Below are positions 52,343 through 64,000 of a stretch of 64,000 nucleotides of DNA, one piece after another. Numbering within the stretch: position 1 is the stretch's first letter; each line of letters starts with the position of its first letter. The notes beneath the pieces are model-generated. The model did no database searches and had not been told where the DNA came from. It worked only from the letters and a program-made list of their open reading frames with translations. The stretch is taken from contig OZ210884.1 in assembly GCA_964658305.1 (NCBI GenBank), positions 1,922,001 through 1,986,000 of the forward strand, read 5' to 3'. The DNA comes from Leptogorgia sarmentosa. Taxonomy: Eukaryota. The position numbers and the translations under genes are program-made.

Positions 52343-55300
52343 TAAAGTGGTTAGTGGATTTGAAAAGTCGCTTCTTTATCCAGCACTTGTTTGTTTAACT
52401 ACAGAATTTGACAAGACCGGATTATCACAAGAACTACTCAGTCTATTATTTGTTCGAATGTATATTGTGTGCCTCAACATATTCAAGTGGAATCCACTGG
52501 GTTTGCGTAATTTATTTCTGAATAATGCTTTTCCTGTAATGAGAAAGCATAGTGACGTTCACCGTTACGAAAACTTCGTATGCAAACTGGAAAGGAAGTC
52601 AAATTAAAGTCTCATTTTAATGAATAATGTTCTTATAGTTCTAAAGTTTTTAAGACTATTTTGCATGTTTACTGTCAAGCAGACTACATGCACAGTGAAA
52701 TTGTGATGTTGAGCTAATATAAATTTTCATCTGCGAAGAAGAGATAAATTATATTGTTATCCAATCAGTTAGATTTGATGCCCGACTTAATCCGTATATT
52801 TCAAGTCGGGTTCAGTATAGCGGGGGAATACAACATTGGTGCAGTCAGGCTATTCTGAAGAGGCCCAGTTAAGTTCCGCATACCCTCAATGAAAGATTGA
52901 AAGGCTATTATATTCCCTTTCATGTTGGCGTAGTCGGCTTTACTGTTATATAATATACATGTATTCAGCAATGCGTAGAATCATGACATCGGTAACTTAC
53001 AGTAACGTTGAACACTGCCGATTTACGGATGCAAGAAGGCAAAAGATTGCTATAACGCTTAACAAACAAAATAATGATAAAAACAAATAATTTACACAGC
53101 GTCTTCTTGCCTATTGTATTGGGAAGAAATCTGGATATCATCAAAAAAGCAATAGCGCTCGTCGAGTGGCCTTCATGGTTGATATTACCATGACTTAAAT
53201 TAACTTGGCATCAAGTCAAAATATAACCCCAGACAATATTTCCTTTTTACTATGTTATGTCGATTTCTTTTTCGTTTTATCTTGTCATTGTTTGGGAGAA
53301 GTCTCGTTGCATTGGTTGTTCTGTTGTTAAGCAGTAGGTACACAATTGCTGAAGAAACGCTCACTCGTTCATACTCGATTCAATATGCGTCATGAAATTT
53401 GATTCGGAGAACTATATCAATTTTACACAAAGACATACAAGAGTTCTTTTCGCATATCAATGTTTTCATATACAAATGATGCAATGGCTTTTCTTGTAAT
53501 AGAAAATCATTACCTAGCACCACTTTGTTGTGACTTATAATAATTAACCACAAGCTCTTATCGTTCAAAGAAACGACTAAGTAGCTTTTCTGAAGCCCGC
53601 CGCACGCTAGCCCACTTGTCCCCCGTACTTGTTATTCGTTACAAGTCAGATCGAGAAAAATGCTCGTTTGCAGGCAACATTAATAAACGTCGTTTTCGTC
53701 ATTCCTGACATGACGAACATGTTTGATAGTTGGTTTCCTTTTCGCGAATAACAAGTACACGCGACAAGTGCGATTTTTTGGAATGCTAGACAACATCACA
53801 ATAGTGATTACACTATATGACAATAAGGAAATCAAAACCAGAATTGAAGCGAATTCTTGAATTAGGCAAGCCATACATTATTAAATGCCCCTTGTTGAGT
53901 AATTCAAATCGGAATACAAAAGGTGCTAAGTGCAGGATCTTCTCGATGTTGTGCAATACATATTTTTATACACTCCAGCACATTCCCCCAATTGTTTCTA
54001 TTCACTCTTGATATTTGCTTTCTTAAGAATCTTGCGCGCGTGTTGTCATTATTTTTTTTTCTTGCGTGTTATTTGTGATATGCATGCTTGTATGCATATA
54101 CGGCTAATTCAAAACAGTTTGTCCTTTTCAAACTCAAAATATTAAACATTCAAACTATGAGCGTGCGTCCATCGTGGAAACACATTGCCTGGTTTTGCAT
54201 AATTAACTATTGAATTCCGGTTTCGATGAAGTGTTTGCAGAGTTCAGAAACAAATGTCAGACCTGCATGGTTGGAAAGCTAGCATTATTTGCATTTGAAA
54301 AAGACTCCTTGTCATACTCATGAGCAAAACAAATTTCAAAGGAAAAATGTCTTCTTTATACAGGGCTTTATCGGCAAACCAATGAGACCATCTGCTTGCG
54401 TGGCGGTATTATGCTTAGCAAGGTAATTAATTCCAGTGCATATATGACTCATTTGCTATGAATTTAAAATACGTGCCGATACATTGTCTAGAAGACGAAA
54501 TTTCCGCAATGTCGAGAAATCGCTTTCTTTGACATCTGTACTTATAATATACGCTCACTTAATTCTTCAATTTGAAAGCCCATGATTTCGGTCAACCATA
54601 TTGCTCTACGTCGTACGTCTTGGCTATACGCACACGAAATCTTATTAAACCTTCACTCGTGGGTTTCAATTATTTCATTTATGTGCGAGAACAAGCCATG
54701 CATTCCCAAGATGCATTGCGCGCTCATAGTTGAACGTTCAAGGTTTTGAGTTTGGAAAGGACAACCTGTTTTGAATTAGCTGTATTACAGAAATACCTTG
54801 CCATCGAAGATAAAGCAATATACATTCGTCGTATCTTGAGTCACTTAAACACAATCGGTTAAACTTCGCATGGTGTGCTGTTCAACAGACAAATTGACAA
54901 TGATAAGAACGATAATATTATACAGTGTCTTCTTCTTAAATTTGACGAGATTAGCTATATGTTCTGGTAAAATCGAAATCTCTTCCATTAAAAAAAATAT
55001 ATATATAGTATCATGCACAAAAATTGACGACATGTCCATAAGCATTAAGCAAGTCGTTGTCAGGTCCCTGGTTGGGCTGGATTAATTGCTAAGATTTTGA
55101 TTTTGATTTTGCTGGGAACAACTAGTGATATTATTGCTTCGTGTTTCATTTAAAGTATATGAATTTGTTTTCCCTTTCACGTCGTCGTAATTCGTTTGAC
55201 ATTAAGATTTAAGTAGCCTTTTCTGGTGATGCGTTTGTTGATATACTGCTCAGCATTTGCTGCATATTTGATGAAGGGGCGTTCTATGCCATTGATGTGA

Positions 55301-57270
55301 TTATGGATTATTTTTGGCTTGCAGACGCTTTTGGTACTAATGATGTAACAACTGTACGCTTTCTTGTCATCGTAATACCATAATTCATACTCATAATTCG
55401 TACTGAGTCATACAAAACTAGCATGCAAATAGAGAATGCGTCTAAATATCGAAACTTGAAGACAATCTTTTCCATTAAGAAAGATAAAGTAGGCGTGTTG
55501 ATTAGTGGATTATGAAAATTCTAGCGAGACATGACCTTGGCGGTTCACAATTCTGACAACAGGAAATTAAATCGTTCTGATGACTAAAAGCAAATTTCGT
55601 ACTCCGCCAGCATGTAAAAAGCTACCCTCAATTGTGTAAAAAAGTGTTACCAGTGTAGTGGACGGGGTTGGGTTAAAATACGGGGTTTTATACGCTAAGT
55701 TAAAAGGATTGTTGACAACGTACTATTCGATAGCGGAAATAACTTTGGAATTTTGTTATGCGATCACATGCATGTTTGTGTGATATGTGTGTGGGCGTGT
55801 TTAAAGAAAAAACACCGGCTACACGGAAACTAACCAAATTCCACATTGTATATGGCAATAATAATTTATAGCGGTAATCGAACTTCCCAGTGTACCAATG
55901 TATATCCACGAGCTTAAAATAATGTTTAAAATATCTGCTAGGAATACTTGACGTTCTGCATCTGAAATCGTGTTAAAAGGCTCAAATCTAATCGAAAAAA
56001 GGGCACATTTTCTCGTTTACAAAAAGGGGGGGGGGGACCGTGCCCCAATGCCCCCCTGTTCCGCGGCCCTTGGTGTTGAGGAACCCCGCGCAGCTTTATC
56101 AACTGTTACATAATATGCCTTTTCTTCATTATTTCAATAGTTTTGTTGCCTTATATGAATGCGGGGGTAAAACGGGTATTTTAAAGAAAGCGTGTTGTTG
56201 AGATTTGTGGAGACCTTGCCGTTATGTAGACAATTTATTGTTAATATACGTCATAAATGTACAGTAGCTACGTTGCACGTCAATGTTATTTGCCCAATTT
56301 CTTGTAGACTATAAATACATAAGTTTATTTGTTATTGAATTCCTTGTGTATTTATTTGTTAACATTCTGACGTTTTTGAACAAGCGCATTTGCCATCATA
56401 TGGTCATCAAACAGGCTTGATGACTTTGTGAGTTGAGCATGGATAATGGATAGAAACACTTCATCATTAATATTCTTAAAGCTTCCACTTTATCTAGAAA
56501 GTTAGCTAATTGTCAAGACTACGATAAATTATATTAAAGAATCTAATGTCCTCAATGATCTGCTTACGACTTGGTATAATATTATAGAGCGTCTTTTTCT
56601 GAAGGTTCAACATTTTAAACACTAAAATTTCGCAAGAAATACTAACAGAGTGTCCGTATTACCGAGGATTCCAATTCTCAATTCTTAAAAAACGGGGAGG
56701 AAGTCGGGGTTGAACGGTAATGATCCGCAAAAATGTGGCTGCATATCAAAAGCGAATTCCTTGAATAGAAACAAAGAACCGGTCAGAAATTTTTTGTGTG
56801 AAATGAATTTATTAGAAATTGTTACTGTGTCTATTTAAATTACTGCGTAGTAATATTCATGAACGAAGGTTCAATAAGCTTCATCACTACAGACCCTGCT
56901 ATGTTCTCGATAATTCTCTAGTGGCTAATCATTATTACGTTTACTACGATGATTATAATATAAAAGTAAGTAATTAAGTGCAAATTAAATGATAGTATGG
57001 AATACGTTAGGAATATGCCGTAAAGTACAATTAAAAATCTCGCTTGTCTCATTATTCTCGTCTTTTTCTGGTCGGCTTTTGGGGGATTTTCTGAAAAATT
57101 ATTACTATTATTTGCAATTTTTGTGAACGAGCATTTTTTTACAGGAAATTAAATAAATCAACGGTAATGAATAATGGCGTTTTCGAACAATATCGCAAAA
57201 AATGAAATTAAAGGGCATGAAAGAGGCAAGCAGAAGATTTCTTATTGTAATACAAAAGTAGCAAGTACGT

Positions 57271-60200
57271 TTATGGCTTCACTGTGAGCCGTCCTTTCTG
57301 ATTACGATTGCTGAAGTTGTTATTTCTTGTGCACATGTAGTAATATTCACCGGGTGGAAATTTCAATAGCATACCGCGATACGATGCTGGAGCGTTGTTC
57401 AACTCATCATTAAGAGTCGTCTTTATTGTGCTAAAACGCGACACGCTGTCGTAATAGCCAGCGGACGCCATACTCGTCGCAAGATCGTCACCGGTCTTCG
57501 TGTCAGCGTCGCTTGACCAGATAATTTCCGCCTTAGTGAACATCGTTGATTGTTGTTTCGAGGTTAAGGGATAGTTTATGGAGGGGTCTACCATTTCAAC
57601 AATATTGCTTCGATCGGTACCTGGGTAAAGATTACACAAAAGTAAATACGACTAGTACATTACATACAAAAAATGAATGTTTATCCGTGAAATGGTAAAC
57701 CATTTTTTCTAATGATGAAGATGAAATGTTGTATTAAACGAGGCGATAGGCGAGCGAAATTACCGAAATAAAATAGTCTTTGCATTGCGCGAATAAAAAG
57801 ATTCATTGTTTGTTTTTATAGTACAAAAATAGGCTATTGCTTTTCAAGAATTATAAAAATATAAACGGAGTAAACACACTGCGATCACTGTGTCAAAAGT
57901 GAAAAGCGTGTTGGAAACGTGGAGTGCAATAGTTTTCGTACTATTGCACTGTTGGAAAATGAAACCTTTTATTCAATATCACGTGACCATAATTAACCGA
58001 TCAAACGACCTGGGCAACGTAGTATTATATAAATTGGGATGATAGATTCATGTTTCCGGTTAAATAAAAGCTCAACTTATAAATCGCAATAAATTACACG
58101 TACCATCAGTCCCTTGACCAGCATTGCCATTCGGGTTGGTGTTTGAACCTTAAAAATGAATCATCGTGAGGCCATTGTTTTGTTATCAACAGTATACAGT
58201 GTTAATCAACTGTAAGTTTAGAATCAATTTTGAAATCGGCAGCAAATTATACATAAATTTACTGCATACCTACGTACAGTATTAAAAAATCAACAGTTTG
58301 TTATAACGGCAAAACCAGTAGCTACCGACTTACCTGTCCACTGGATATGTACCAAACTTGTACTTGGAATTGTCAAGCGTTTTGGGATAAAGTCATATTC
58401 GACTGCGGGATAAACCTGTACGATATTTCCACGTTTCCCTCGAACGTTCAGATTATAGATGACGTCAGAATTTGACGCAGCGTTACGCCTGGACACGAGT
58501 TTGAACAAGTGTGATCGATCTTGAAATGTGCGTCCAAATTGGGCTGTGTTGATGGCGAGTTTTAATGCCATCTGAACTTTGCCAACTGTCACTGTTGGGT
58601 TGTTTTCAACTGGAGATTTTACACCATTATCACTAAAAACAAAAACGACCTATTTGACGATAATGGTTACTATAGAAACGTCGTTTGGGCAATGTTAGCT
58701 GAGTGAACGGTCACGGATAACGAAGATGATTCGTTCTTATTCTGTCGAGGCCTAGTTCTTGTTTAATTTTCCATTTTTGTTGATAAAAAGGTACTATTAT
58801 CAGGGGCATAAATTCAGATAGGGTTTGGGGGGGGGAGCGTCTCACCCCTTCCCCCAGATATTTTGAATATAATAATTTTATGTATAATATTACACTCGTC
58901 GGGCAAAACGAAGAAAACGTCGGGCAATATTAATGTAAGCCTGGCTGGAAGAATGAAGATCGTTTCATTTGTTAAATTTGTTCATTCAAGTGTTAAATTT
59001 GTAAGATTTTAAACGAAATACTCCGTAAAACTCGTTATTTTATCACAAATTTTCTTTTGACGCGATCATGAAATTGCCGTTTCCGGCGATTTAGATGCTT
59101 TAAATGTCCAAAATTTTCTTGCTCGACGCCAAGCATGGATTTCGCCTCGCGAAATTCCTGCTCCCCTCCATTGTTATCGGCAAATTTTCAAAAACAAAAC
59201 GGACCAATCGAAATGTACTACAATGTGTTGGCCTCCAGTTTAACTTCAAATTTTAAATATTCTTTGAACGTACGAATGCATTCTCAACGAAATCGACCAT
59301 ACTTACGGATCATTGTTTTTATCCCCGAACGTATTAAATGGTGGGTAATCTCCGGTGGAAATGTTGTACCTATGGAGAAATTTAAGAAGAAATTACCTTC
59401 TGCAGCTTTACCAACACGTTACCACAGTATCAAATTAATATGGCAGTTTCTTCATCATGCTCAGTATTTCAAATATTTTCACTGAAAACAGCAGTGGCTT
59501 GTTTGCTACTTTGGATTATTAATAATTGAAAATGCATAGAATTTTTTCTCTACAGCTAACAAGAAATAAAAATCCATGTGCAATATGCAACGTGCAATTT
59601 TTAGAAAACAAACAAACTAATCCGTTGGTATAATATTCAACAATTTGAAAATGCTGTAAATTTATCACAAGAATTAGTCGTAAAATTTAGTTTGAAATTT
59701 TTTACAGTATGGATTATCATTAAACATGAAGACGAACGTTTCTATCACTAACTAACCTTAGTCGTAACACGCATCTTTGTGTATTACCAGACGGAAAATG
59801 TGGAATAACCCAATCGTAACGTGCAGGAACGACACCACGTGCATTCCCTAAATGATTTGATCTTGTGTATGGAGCTCTTCGACATTCTGGTGGAGCCAGT
59901 GCAACCAGGCATCGTTTTAGTGATCCAACGTCATTACCAACCATTTTCAAATTGTCAATGTCTTCCGAGCGATAGGGAATAGCCCAAATAAGAGGAGTTT
60001 CCGTAGAACTAGCAGCTTTACATGCTGCTTCTGTTTGATACTGGGGGGATTCTTCCAAATAATTGCTGAATGAAACCCAAAAGCCTCCACTGTTTTCGCA
60101 CTCCGCTTTGTTGCTAATAGGCGAGTCATGGCGGAAACCGTCCTCTTTTGAACTGTAGTATTGAAGACATTCCTCTGCAGAAATACATGTACAAGTCTTC

Positions 60201-62780
60201 ATTATGAATCGTGCTGGGAAACTGCGTGCATGATTGGTCTACCTGCCGAAGATTTATCTGAATTTCGACACCTTGGTCTAGTTGTTTATAAAGGTTAATT
60301 TAAAGGTATCTATAGTTAGATGCGGAAGATCACTAATCACAAAAGCGCGTTTAGCCAACATTGAACTGTGAAACATAGTACAGTGTTTTATACAATCGGA
60401 CGAAATCAATATAGTTAAACAGAATAATTACGCAAACCAAATTCGACAATTATCCTATTGTACCTTGGCTGTATTTAAAAGTGATTTCATTTCGTGTGCA
60501 TGTTAATTAATCAATATTGGCATCCAAAATTGTGTTAGAAAACGATTTAAGGCAGTTGCTATTCTGATGGTTTCGCTTTGTTCTGTAAAATTATAAGGCA
60601 CAAGTTTATTCCCATTTTCGCTAGGATATATATGAACAGTTGAAAAAATTGAAGCTTAACCATCGCGGCAAAGTTTAAAGGGACTGACCTTTAGGCTTGA
60701 CATTAAAACTTTCTCTCTGGTAATATTGGCACATATTGTCGTTATGAGCAAAGACTGCAATGTCAGTCCAGTCAGTGGGATGCCAGTACGGATAGTAATC
60801 CCGCTCTTCAGGACATTCGTAACCACTGCGGCCGCCATTTGCATTTTGTCTGGTGTACTTGGTTGTGTCGCCTTGCAGTTGTTGGTCAGCAGTGAATATT
60901 CCTATAAATAATACAAAAAAAAAACAAACACCGGTGTATAAACATTCCAAGTATACGATTTTGTAGGAATTTTGGTTTCTTGGCGATAATGACGGCCGCC
61001 GTGCATGCAGATTTGTGTTTTGCTATAGAAATGTAATTTTTCACGCAATCAAAGTTTTCGTTCTCGGATACATTGATGGCTTTTGCTTTTAGTCTTTCGT
61101 AATTACGTTATAGACCAACTTATTCTTAAGTAAGAAATTAAAGTCTATAGCTACCTCCAGTTGCTCGTGTGCTGTCATCAAACAAAGAGAGGAAAGGGAA
61201 ATGTCCTTAAAAAGAAAACAAACGAATTAGTTAAGCATTGTTTAAATCAGCTTCAATCATTATTTTTTCAATATTGTTTGCTATTATTTGTGTAAAACAC
61301 CGGCAGCGAAATGTTTTTCAGTTCTCTACCACTCCGGAATCTTTTTAGCATCAGGAATTACTGCAAGTTACAGGCAAAAAACAAACAAATTCTTATCACA
61401 TTCTTATCACATTCTCGAAACGGTTGTTTAAATTTTGAAATGAAAATCATTAGTCAGCCAAAACAATAGCTGCTTTGAAGGTCCCATATCTGTTTTTTTT
61501 CAAAACATTTACCTGGATATGATCTTCTTTTTCTCGCTGGAAAAGAAAATAAGAAAAAAAATAAGAAGAAATGGAGTTGTGAATGTATCTTTTGCAGAAT
61601 TTGTACGTAATATAATCCATAAGAGCATAAAAGATATTGTTTGAATAGCATGTGACTGTGACTGTGTGATGACAGATAATACTGCTATTAAATTTTGTTT
61701 CATTTCCAATAATATACACAAAAGAATTACTCAAATGTGATTGGTTCATTTCAGTGCAGTTATAATTAATCGCACATCGCAGTGCAATTTTCTGTAATCA
61801 CAATGCAATTTTTCTGTTACACTTTGAAGCAATATATTTGAACCCAAGCGGGAGATTGCTTCAAGACAAAACAAACATGGCGGCCGAGCAGAACAAATTG
61901 AAAACTGATTTCGGATCGAAATTATGGCTTTTACCTTTTTCTTATATTGGAAATTAAAACTCTATCGCAAACAATACTAACGTGTTTGGGTAAATTTTTA
62001 AAACCATTTTCGCAAGCAATAATTAAGCAAGAAAACTGTGCCGGTGTAATTTCGCCTTGAGGCGTATAAAGTTTACACTACAATTGTCTGGAATATTTTT
62101 ATGCAAAATATTATACAATTATTATACAATTATTGGATGAGCCTGCGCAAAATATGCTGATTAATCTGTGACGAGAAGATCAAATTTTACTTCCCAAGGC
62201 AAGGCCGAAAGCATTGGCAAATAATTGATCTGCGAATAATTGATCTCTTAAGTGAACAACTGTTGGCTGAAAAAAATATACAGTGTATCTTTACACAATT
62301 GTAGTTCAAAACATTTTTACTGAAAAATAAATGTCAAACATTTATCGGTGTCAGAATTGGTTTTATATTTCCGATAAACAGAAAGTCTATAAAATGGTTG
62401 TATCGAATTTTGTAATGTCAATTTTTACCTATATTATATTTATCATGTTTGATTTCTAACTCCGTTAATTAGAGCAATTAACATGTATATATATACTCTT
62501 TATTTGTATCCGATGAGAATTTATTCAATAGCTGATTTCCACTTCATCTGAATAACTATCACTTCATAGAAATATCGAGCTATATTCTAGTTTTTTGTGA
62601 AAAATCACTCACTGCTCACGCAAGCATCCCATGTTGAGCGACTGGTCACTTGGGTTTGAGTTCCACACCATAGTTTGTTTCCATAATGAACCGTTGTACA
62701 CGAGTAATACTTCTTGCGTCTATAGGTAAATGGAAATACGCAGCATTTTCCGGATCTAGTTTTCGCAGCACAAACGTTGG
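57271..62780 (-). CDS. DD3-3-like protein with FN2 cassette, copy D (5'-partial; close paralog of B)
   Basis: Exons: FN2 62613-62780, micro-exons 61513-61536 and 61155-61205, then 60689-60901, 59757-60174, 59307-59369, 58334-58632, 58104-58148, 57271-57620. Upstream exons lie beyond the window. Confidence 0.87.
62249..62266 (-). pseudogene. Remnant of a destroyed FN2 exon in copy D
   Basis: Acceptor ttttttcag plus CCAACAGTTGTTCACTT matches the start of B FN2 exons 3/4. The sequence then switches to a repeat fragment (AGATCAATTATTTGCC). The upstream intron aligns with B 20957-21160. Confidence 0.7.
62613..62780 (-). CDS. FN2 domain exon of copy D (counterpart of B FN2 exon 2)
   Basis: NVCAAKTRSGKCCVFPFTYRRKKYYSCTTVHYGNKLWCGTQTQVTSRSTWDACVS; 168 nt; flanking intron aligns with B 21170-21320. 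Confidence 0.85.
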
Positions 62781-62989
62781 CTGAAAAAAAAAACATTAAC
62801 TTTGGTTTACTCTTTGGAAAAAGAAAACATTTTGTGTGTTTCTAAATTGATTGATTTTAGTCACACTCATTCAAAGAATAATTTTGTTTTTTAATTACCC
62901 GCCCAATCCACTCAACCTGCATGCGCGAAAATTTTCATGTTTCAACGTGCCCAGTTTATTTAAATGGCTATTTTATATTATTATTATTC

Positions 62990-63592
62990 AGTTTATTATT
63001 TACTCAATTCTGATTGGTTAATTTACCTGCAAATAACTGCCTGCAAATATCACTTCAACTGCAAATATTTGGTGCAAACAGTTTATTGAGCATGCGCATT
63101 TAGTTCAACACTCGCTCAGCTGCAAATAATGGTTTGCTCATGCGCATTTGACTTCATTTTCTTGCGTCCGATTAATGGATTAGGCAAGCATGGCTCGTTT
63201 TGCAGGATATTTTACGAATGAGTTCTCTTCTCTTCCACACGAAAAAGACGCCGAAAACACCAAGAAAGCAACCAAATCTGCTTTAACTTTTTTTCAAGAG
63301 TATTTATAATTCAAAGGAACGAAATTTAAGGCTAAACGACTTATATTAGCGTCCAAAAGTAAACTTTCTGCAGTAGTCGAGAAATTTTACGCCGAAGCGA
63401 GTGACAAAGATCGTAAATAATAAACTGAATAATAAAACAATTATTGAACTCGGCTGTCGCAAAATATCGTGATTTATCAGTGGCTCGCAGATCAATTATT
63501 TGCCTCTGCATTCCTTCGGCATCGGCAAATAATTGATCTGCTCGCCACTGATAAATCACGATATTTTGCTCACCCTCGTCCAATAATTGTAT
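62990..63592 (+). mobile_element. Crypton-like non-autonomous element
   Basis: CTGATTGG at ~63010; decayed ORF from 63190 (MARFA...EKDAENTKKATKSALTFFQEYL*) then KFYAEASDKD; palindrome 63437-63590. Confidence 0.6.
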
Positions 63593-64000
63593 ATTATACG
63601 ATAATGACGTCATTTTAGCATAGAAAGGCAAAACAGAATGCAGATATCCAGCCATAATGCACTCGCCATATTGCACTCGCCGTATTGCACTCGCCGTATT
63701 GCACTCTATAAAGCGGTTTGTTTGCGCGTTGGCCGAAAATTTAGCGAAATATAAGTTGTTTAATCTAATAAATGTTAAATTATCAGAAATTCAGTTGTGT
63801 GTCTTATAATAAATTCCTTATAGAATGAGTTGACATGCAATACGGCCTGGTTTTTTTACACGTTTCTCGCATTACGAAAATCGTAAACAGGCCACATTGC
63901 ATGTCAAGCCATTAAACAAGCTATATATAATTTTATATACCATAAATACCATTTATAAACACCCAGCATCCAAATACGTGTGCGGAAATTGAGTGTATAT

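Overview
AT-rich, intron-containing animal genomic DNA. It looks like a marine invertebrate, probably a cnidarian; this is inferred from gene and repeat style, not proven. The window holds a tandem cluster of four paralogous multi-exon genes encoding secreted DD3-3-like proteins (motifs [82 protein letters not shown]). Copy A (+) is 5'-truncated by the window edge, copies B and C (-) are complete, and copy D (-) is 5'-truncated. I reconstructed all exons by GT-AG and reading phase. B and D, but not A and C, carry an in-frame cassette of phase-1 fibronectin type II (FN2) exons plus two micro-exons (one encoding RKRR) inserted into one intron. The cassette is gaining exons (391-bp tandem duplication in B) and losing them (destroyed exon in D). 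B and C share a TATA promoter and a non-coding first exon, with intron 1 of about 7.3 kb versus about 0.33 kb. Introns and spacers contain a decayed piggyBac, several MITEs, and many non-autonomous Crypton-like elements. The terminal palindromes of the latter show strand-specific GNA triloops and tandem G.A mismatches, which suggests a folded single-stranded DNA substrate.
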